This document shows, piece by piece, positions 63,555 to 64,000 of a DNA stretch of 64,000 nucleotides. How positions within the stretch are numbered: the stretch's first letter is position 1; every line of letters starts with the position of its first letter. Under the pieces are notes generated by a model. It was not told where the DNA came from, did no database searches, and worked only from the letters and a program-made list of their open reading frames with translations. Both the position numbers and the translations under genes were made by a program. Location of the stretch: assembly GCA_013112535.1 (NCBI GenBank), contig JABFGI010000003.1, positions 18,895-82,894 of the forward strand. Direction: 5' to 3'. The stretch comes from Pseudomonadota bacterium (lineage in GTDB: Bacteria > Pseudomonadota > Gammaproteobacteria > Eutrophobiales > Eutrophobiaceae).

Positions 63555-64000
63555 ATGAGTGCAGTAATCAAACAAGCCAATGTGCAGATCAGACCAATGC
63601 AGGAAGAAGATCTTGAGTTTGTCATCGATAATGAAATTAGCGCGTATGATTTTCCCTGGAGCAAAACAATTTTTCAGGATTGTTTACATGTTGGTTATTG
63701 TTGCTGGGTAGCAGAAAGAGAAGGCATGATTGTCGGTCATGGTGTCATGACTGTTGCTGCAGGCGAATCACATATTTTAAATATTTGTATACACCCCGAA
63801 TATCAGGGGCAGGGTATAGGCAGAAATTTAATAACTCACTTGTTAGAGTTGGCATTAGATCATGATGTTAATATGACTTTTCTGGAAGTGCGTCCATCTA
63901 ACTTTTCTGCAATCAAACTTTATCTTGATTTAGGATTTGATGAGATAGGCTCACGGCGTAATTATTATCCGGCAAAGATGGGAAGAGAAGATGCCCTAAT
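63555..64000 (+). CDS. rimI: ribosomal-protein-alanine N-acetyltransferase RimI (3' end outside window)
   Basis: ATG at 63555. Translation MSAVIKQANVQIRPMQEEDLEFV...GQGIGRNLITHLLE shows the GNAT motif A. The ORF is open to the window end, so it is absent from the ORF track. Confidence 0.8.
   Translation, partial: MSAVIKQANVQIRPMQEEDLEFVIDNEISAYDFPWSKTIFQDCLHVGYCCWVAEREGMIVGHGVMTVAAGESHILNICIHPEYQGQGIGRNLITHLLELALDHDVNMTFLEVRPSNFSAIKLYLDLGFDEIGSRRNYYPAKMGREDAL

Overview
The window is a chromosomal segment of an AT-rich Gram-negative bacterium; the gene order looks gammaproteobacterial (Pseudomonas-like). It is densely coding, with about 58 CDS; no rRNA, tRNA, CRISPR array, IS element or prophage was seen.

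Gene content in order:
- End of the dcw cell-division cluster (ddl', ftsQ, ftsA, ftsZ, lpxC), then a DUF721/DciA-like gene, an M23 peptidase, secA, argJ and a Nudix/ThiE-like fusion.
- A minus-strand block yacG-zapD-coaE-pilD-pilC-pilB, then clpB with a recognisable sigma-32 promoter, a GDH-family dehydrogenase, pgeF, rluD, bamD, nadE and sucDC.
- The type IV pilus regulatory locus pilS-pilR next to two tandem pilin paralogs. They are separated by a strong rho-independent terminator. Only the upstream copy has a clear sigma-54 promoter (GG-N10-GC) with upstream TGTC repeats that look like PilR binding sites.
- A candidate accessory island (about 32.1-37.7 kb) lies between the pilin locus and suhB. 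It encodes a VTC-like (CYTH/polyphosphate-polymerase-type) protein, a DUF4956 membrane protein, a hypothetical membrane-anchored protein and a 903-aa CotH-family atypical kinase fused to a C-terminal parallel beta-helix, with overlapping coding regions. This is the most interesting system in the window and is, as far as I know, uncharacterised.
- Downstream: suhB, trmJ, a SAM methyltransferase plus polyprenyl-phosphate GT2 pair, purM, DUF2066, an AI-2E transporter, hda, an RND efflux pair, wrbA, an ArsC-family gene, a YihY-family gene, a large hypothetical protein, acyP and proS. The window ends with ilvI-ilvH-ilvC, psd-like, pssA, leuA, a family-4 UDG and a partial rimI.

Non-coding observations:
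- A roughly 160-bp nested inverted-repeat element between ilvH and ilvC.
- A possible Leu-rich leader peptide upstream of leuA.
- A triple TTACGTAA palindrome in front of secA.
- A perfect 19-bp hairpin between sucD and nadE.

Coordinates for my hand-derived sites are approximate (about +/-2 nt).
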